Source of the DNA: Bacteriovoracaceae bacterium
GTDB taxonomy: Bacteria > Bdellovibrionota > Bacteriovoracia > Bacteriovoracales > Bacteriovoracaceae
Direction: 5' to 3'
Length of the DNA stretch: 39,214 nucleotides
NCBI GenBank assembly: GCA_018649885.1
Contig: JABIHA010000130.1
Coordinates: forward strand, 1 to 39,214
A program made the position numbers and the translations under genes. Under the pieces are notes generated by a model that saw nothing but the letters and a program-made list of their open reading frames with translations, searched no databases and was not told the origin of the DNA. Positions 37,230-39,214 of this stretch are shown here, piece after piece (position 1 is the first letter of the stretch; the number at the start of each line of letters is the position of its first letter).

Positions 37230-39214
37230 ATGACCAATAACAAGAAAAAACTATATTTTAAAATTGCACTACGACTTACTCACATACTGATCGTAGGGCT
37301 TCTTGTTGCCTGTAACTTTAATGCCAAATTTGCCAAGGACGATGATCTATGCGCTCTTTTTCCAGACGCTACCAGTTGTGGCGGTGGTGTAGAAAAAATG
37401 CCAGAAACTGAAGCCGAGATTATAGCAGCATCTTCCTACATGAGAATTGAGGCCAGTGCAGGTGGTACAAGTGAGTACACCACAGGTACCATGACCGCAG
37501 ATGATACTATCACTCTTCATGCAGCTGCCTATAATAGCTCAAATGTTTTCCTTGGAAATGTCACCGTGACTTGGGCAATTCAAAATGCCAAAGGTGTTGT
37601 TGCTGTCGGGCCTAGTAAGTCCACGACTTTTGATGCCAATGTCACTGGTACTGAAATTGTAGATATGAGTGTTAGCACGTTTAATGATAGCACTGGAAAC
37701 ATCACTATTAACCCAGGTGTTCAAGCAAGTATTAAAATCAATGACAATTCTGGCTCCGTTGGTGTTGAGCTGAATACCAATACATTAAACGCTGACCAAA
37801 CAGATACTTTATATTCTTCTTCGTATGATGGTGATGGAAACTGGATTGCAGACGTGGCATCAGACTGGACTTTTGTTAATGACAAAGGATCTTTCAACGC
37901 TAGTGTTAACTCAGTATCAGCTGCAGCAAGTGTAACCTTCAATGCAGATGTCACAACTTCAGCAGCTGATCACAGTGTTATGAGAGCAAGCTTTGGTGGC
38001 CATACAGATGACACCGGGGACGTGAACTCAGGATTTCAAATTACAGCTGGTGCTCAAGCAAATATTAAAATCAATGGTGCTGCTGGATCAGGTGGAACGG
38101 AGCTCAATACTTATAGTATGAATGCAGACCAAACAGTTGGTCTATATTCTTCTTCATATGATACTGATGGAAACTGGATTGCAAACGTGGCATCGGACTG
38201 GACTTTTGTTAATGACAAAGGATCTTTCAATGCCAGCGTCAATTCTGTCTCAGCTGCAAGTAGTGTCACTTTCAACGCAGAAAATGCGACATCAGCTGCC
38301 GACCATGGTGTGGTAAGGGCAAGCTTTGGCGGAGACACTGATGATACGGGGACTGCAATTGCAGGGATTGAGGTTTCAGTTGGGGTTCAAGCAGCGGTGA
38401 AGATTACCGATGCTACAGGATCTGGTGGAGCTGAAATAGACACCCACACAATGACTGCCGATCAAACCAAAAACCTCTGGGCAGCATCTTACGATGCTGA
38501 CGATAATTTTATTAGCAATGTATCTGCAGATTGGACTTTTACCAATGATAAAGGCTCTTTTAATGCCTCTGTTGTCAATTCAGTTTCTGGTGCCACAAAC
38601 GTCACCTTCAATGGAGATGTCACAACCTCAGCTGCCGATCACGGAGTCATTCATATTAGCTTCGGTGGTGATACTGATGATACAGGGGATGTGAATGCAG
38701 GCTTTGAGGTGAGTGTTGGGGCACAGGCTTCAATTAAAATAAATGATGCTGCAGGATCTGGTGGAAGTGAATTAGACACCAATACTCTTACTGCTGATCA
38801 AACAGACCTCTTATATGCCTCCTCATATGACGGTGACAGCAACTGGATTGCTGATGTCGCTGCAGACTGGACTTTTATCAATGATAAAGGCTCATTCAAT
38901 GCCAGTGTCAATTCTGTATCCGCTGCCACAAGTGTTACTTTCAATGCAGATGTCACAACTTCAGCTGCAGATCACGCTGTCATTAGGGCAAGCTTTGGAG
39001 GGGACACAGACGATACTGGGACTACCGTCGCTGGTATCGAAATTAATGTCGGTGCTCAGGCCTCGATCAAAATTAATGATGCTGCCGGGTCTGGTGGAAG
39101 TGAATTAGATACTAATACTCTAACTGCTGACCAGACTGATCTTTTATATGCCTCATCATACGATGCTGACAGTAACTGGATTGCTGATGTGGCTGCAGAC
39201 TGGACTTTTGTCAA
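37230..39214 (+). CDS. Large repetitive surface lipoprotein / adhesin with Ig-like repeats (3' partial)
   Basis: Open frame from ATG 37230 to the window end: MTNNKKKLYFKIALRLTHILIVGLLVA-C lipobox, then 111-aa repeats. Not in the ORF track. Confidence 0.92.
   Translation, partial: MTNNKKKLYFKIALRLTHILIVGLLVACNFNAKFAKDDDLCALFPDATSCGGGVEKMPETEAEIIAASSYMRIEASAGGTSEYTTGTMTADDTITLHAAAYNSSNVFLGNVTVTWAIQNAKGVVAVGPSKSTTFDANVTGTEIVDMSVSTFNDSTGNITINPGVQASIKINDNSGSVGVELNTNTLNADQTDTLYSSSYDGDGNWIADVASDWTFVNDKGSFNASVNSVSAAASVTFNADVTTSAADHSVMRASFGGHTDDTGDVNSGFQITAGAQANIKINGAAGSGGTELNTYSMNADQTVGLYSSSYDTDGNWIANVASDWTFVNDKGSFNASVNSVSAASSVTFNAENATSAADHGVVRASFGGDTDDTGTAIAGIEVSVGVQAAVKITDATGSGGAEIDTHTMTADQTKNLWAASYDADDNFISNVSADWTFTNDKGSFNASVVNSVSGATNVTFNGDVTTSAADHGVIHISFGGDTDDTGDVNAGFEVSVGAQASIKINDAAGSGGSELDTNTLTADQTDLLYASSYDGDSNWIADVAADWTFINDKGSFNASVNSVSAATSVTFNADVTTSAADHAVIRASFGGDTDDTGTTVAGIEINVGAQASIKINDAAGSGGSELDTNTLTADQTDLLYASSYDADSNWIADVAADWTFV
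37716..39214 (+). repeat. 333/336-bp coding tandem repeat, 4.5 copies visible
   Basis: Units start at 37716, 38049, 38382, 38718 and 39051; the DWTF motif recurs at 37863, 38196, 38529, 38865 and 39198. Confidence 0.95.

Noticed and set aside
37539..39108. Six short track ORFs at the right end
   Set aside because: Antisense or off-frame shadows of the repetitive lipoprotein gene.

Overview
AT-rich bacterial window of mostly unlinked single genes, many with N-terminal signal peptides. This style suggests a Bacteriovoracaceae/Halobacteriovorax-like predatory bacterium, which is inference only. The left edge holds the left end of an IS3-family element. The right edge holds the 5' 2 kb of a large repetitive Ig-like surface lipoprotein (111-aa repeats); both edge genes are missing from the ORF track. 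In between are LysR, a CDP-alcohol phosphatidyltransferase, a TGA-interrupted YjgN/DUF898 gene plus an M48-Sel1 peptidase, a TetR-radical SAM-DUF2867 unit, several orphan secreted proteins (one with a near-perfect sigma54 promoter, one Cys-rich with a possible papain-like triad and a sigma28-like promoter), SIMPL, FKBP, an animal-type uridine phosphorylase lacking a canonical start codon, several methyltransferases including rlmF, a U32/RlhA-like protein, two GSTs, a DEDDh exonuclease, AlkD-like and radical SAM genes behind a (TTTTCCA)7 repeat, a PPP phosphatase, a cold-shock fusion, YehS and a secreted ADC-like protein. Several gene remnants and a yehS recombination scar point to a plastic region. 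I found no rRNA, tRNA or CRISPR array, and no clearly novel multi-gene system can be proven from the sequence alone. All family assignments come from motif recognition, not from database searches.
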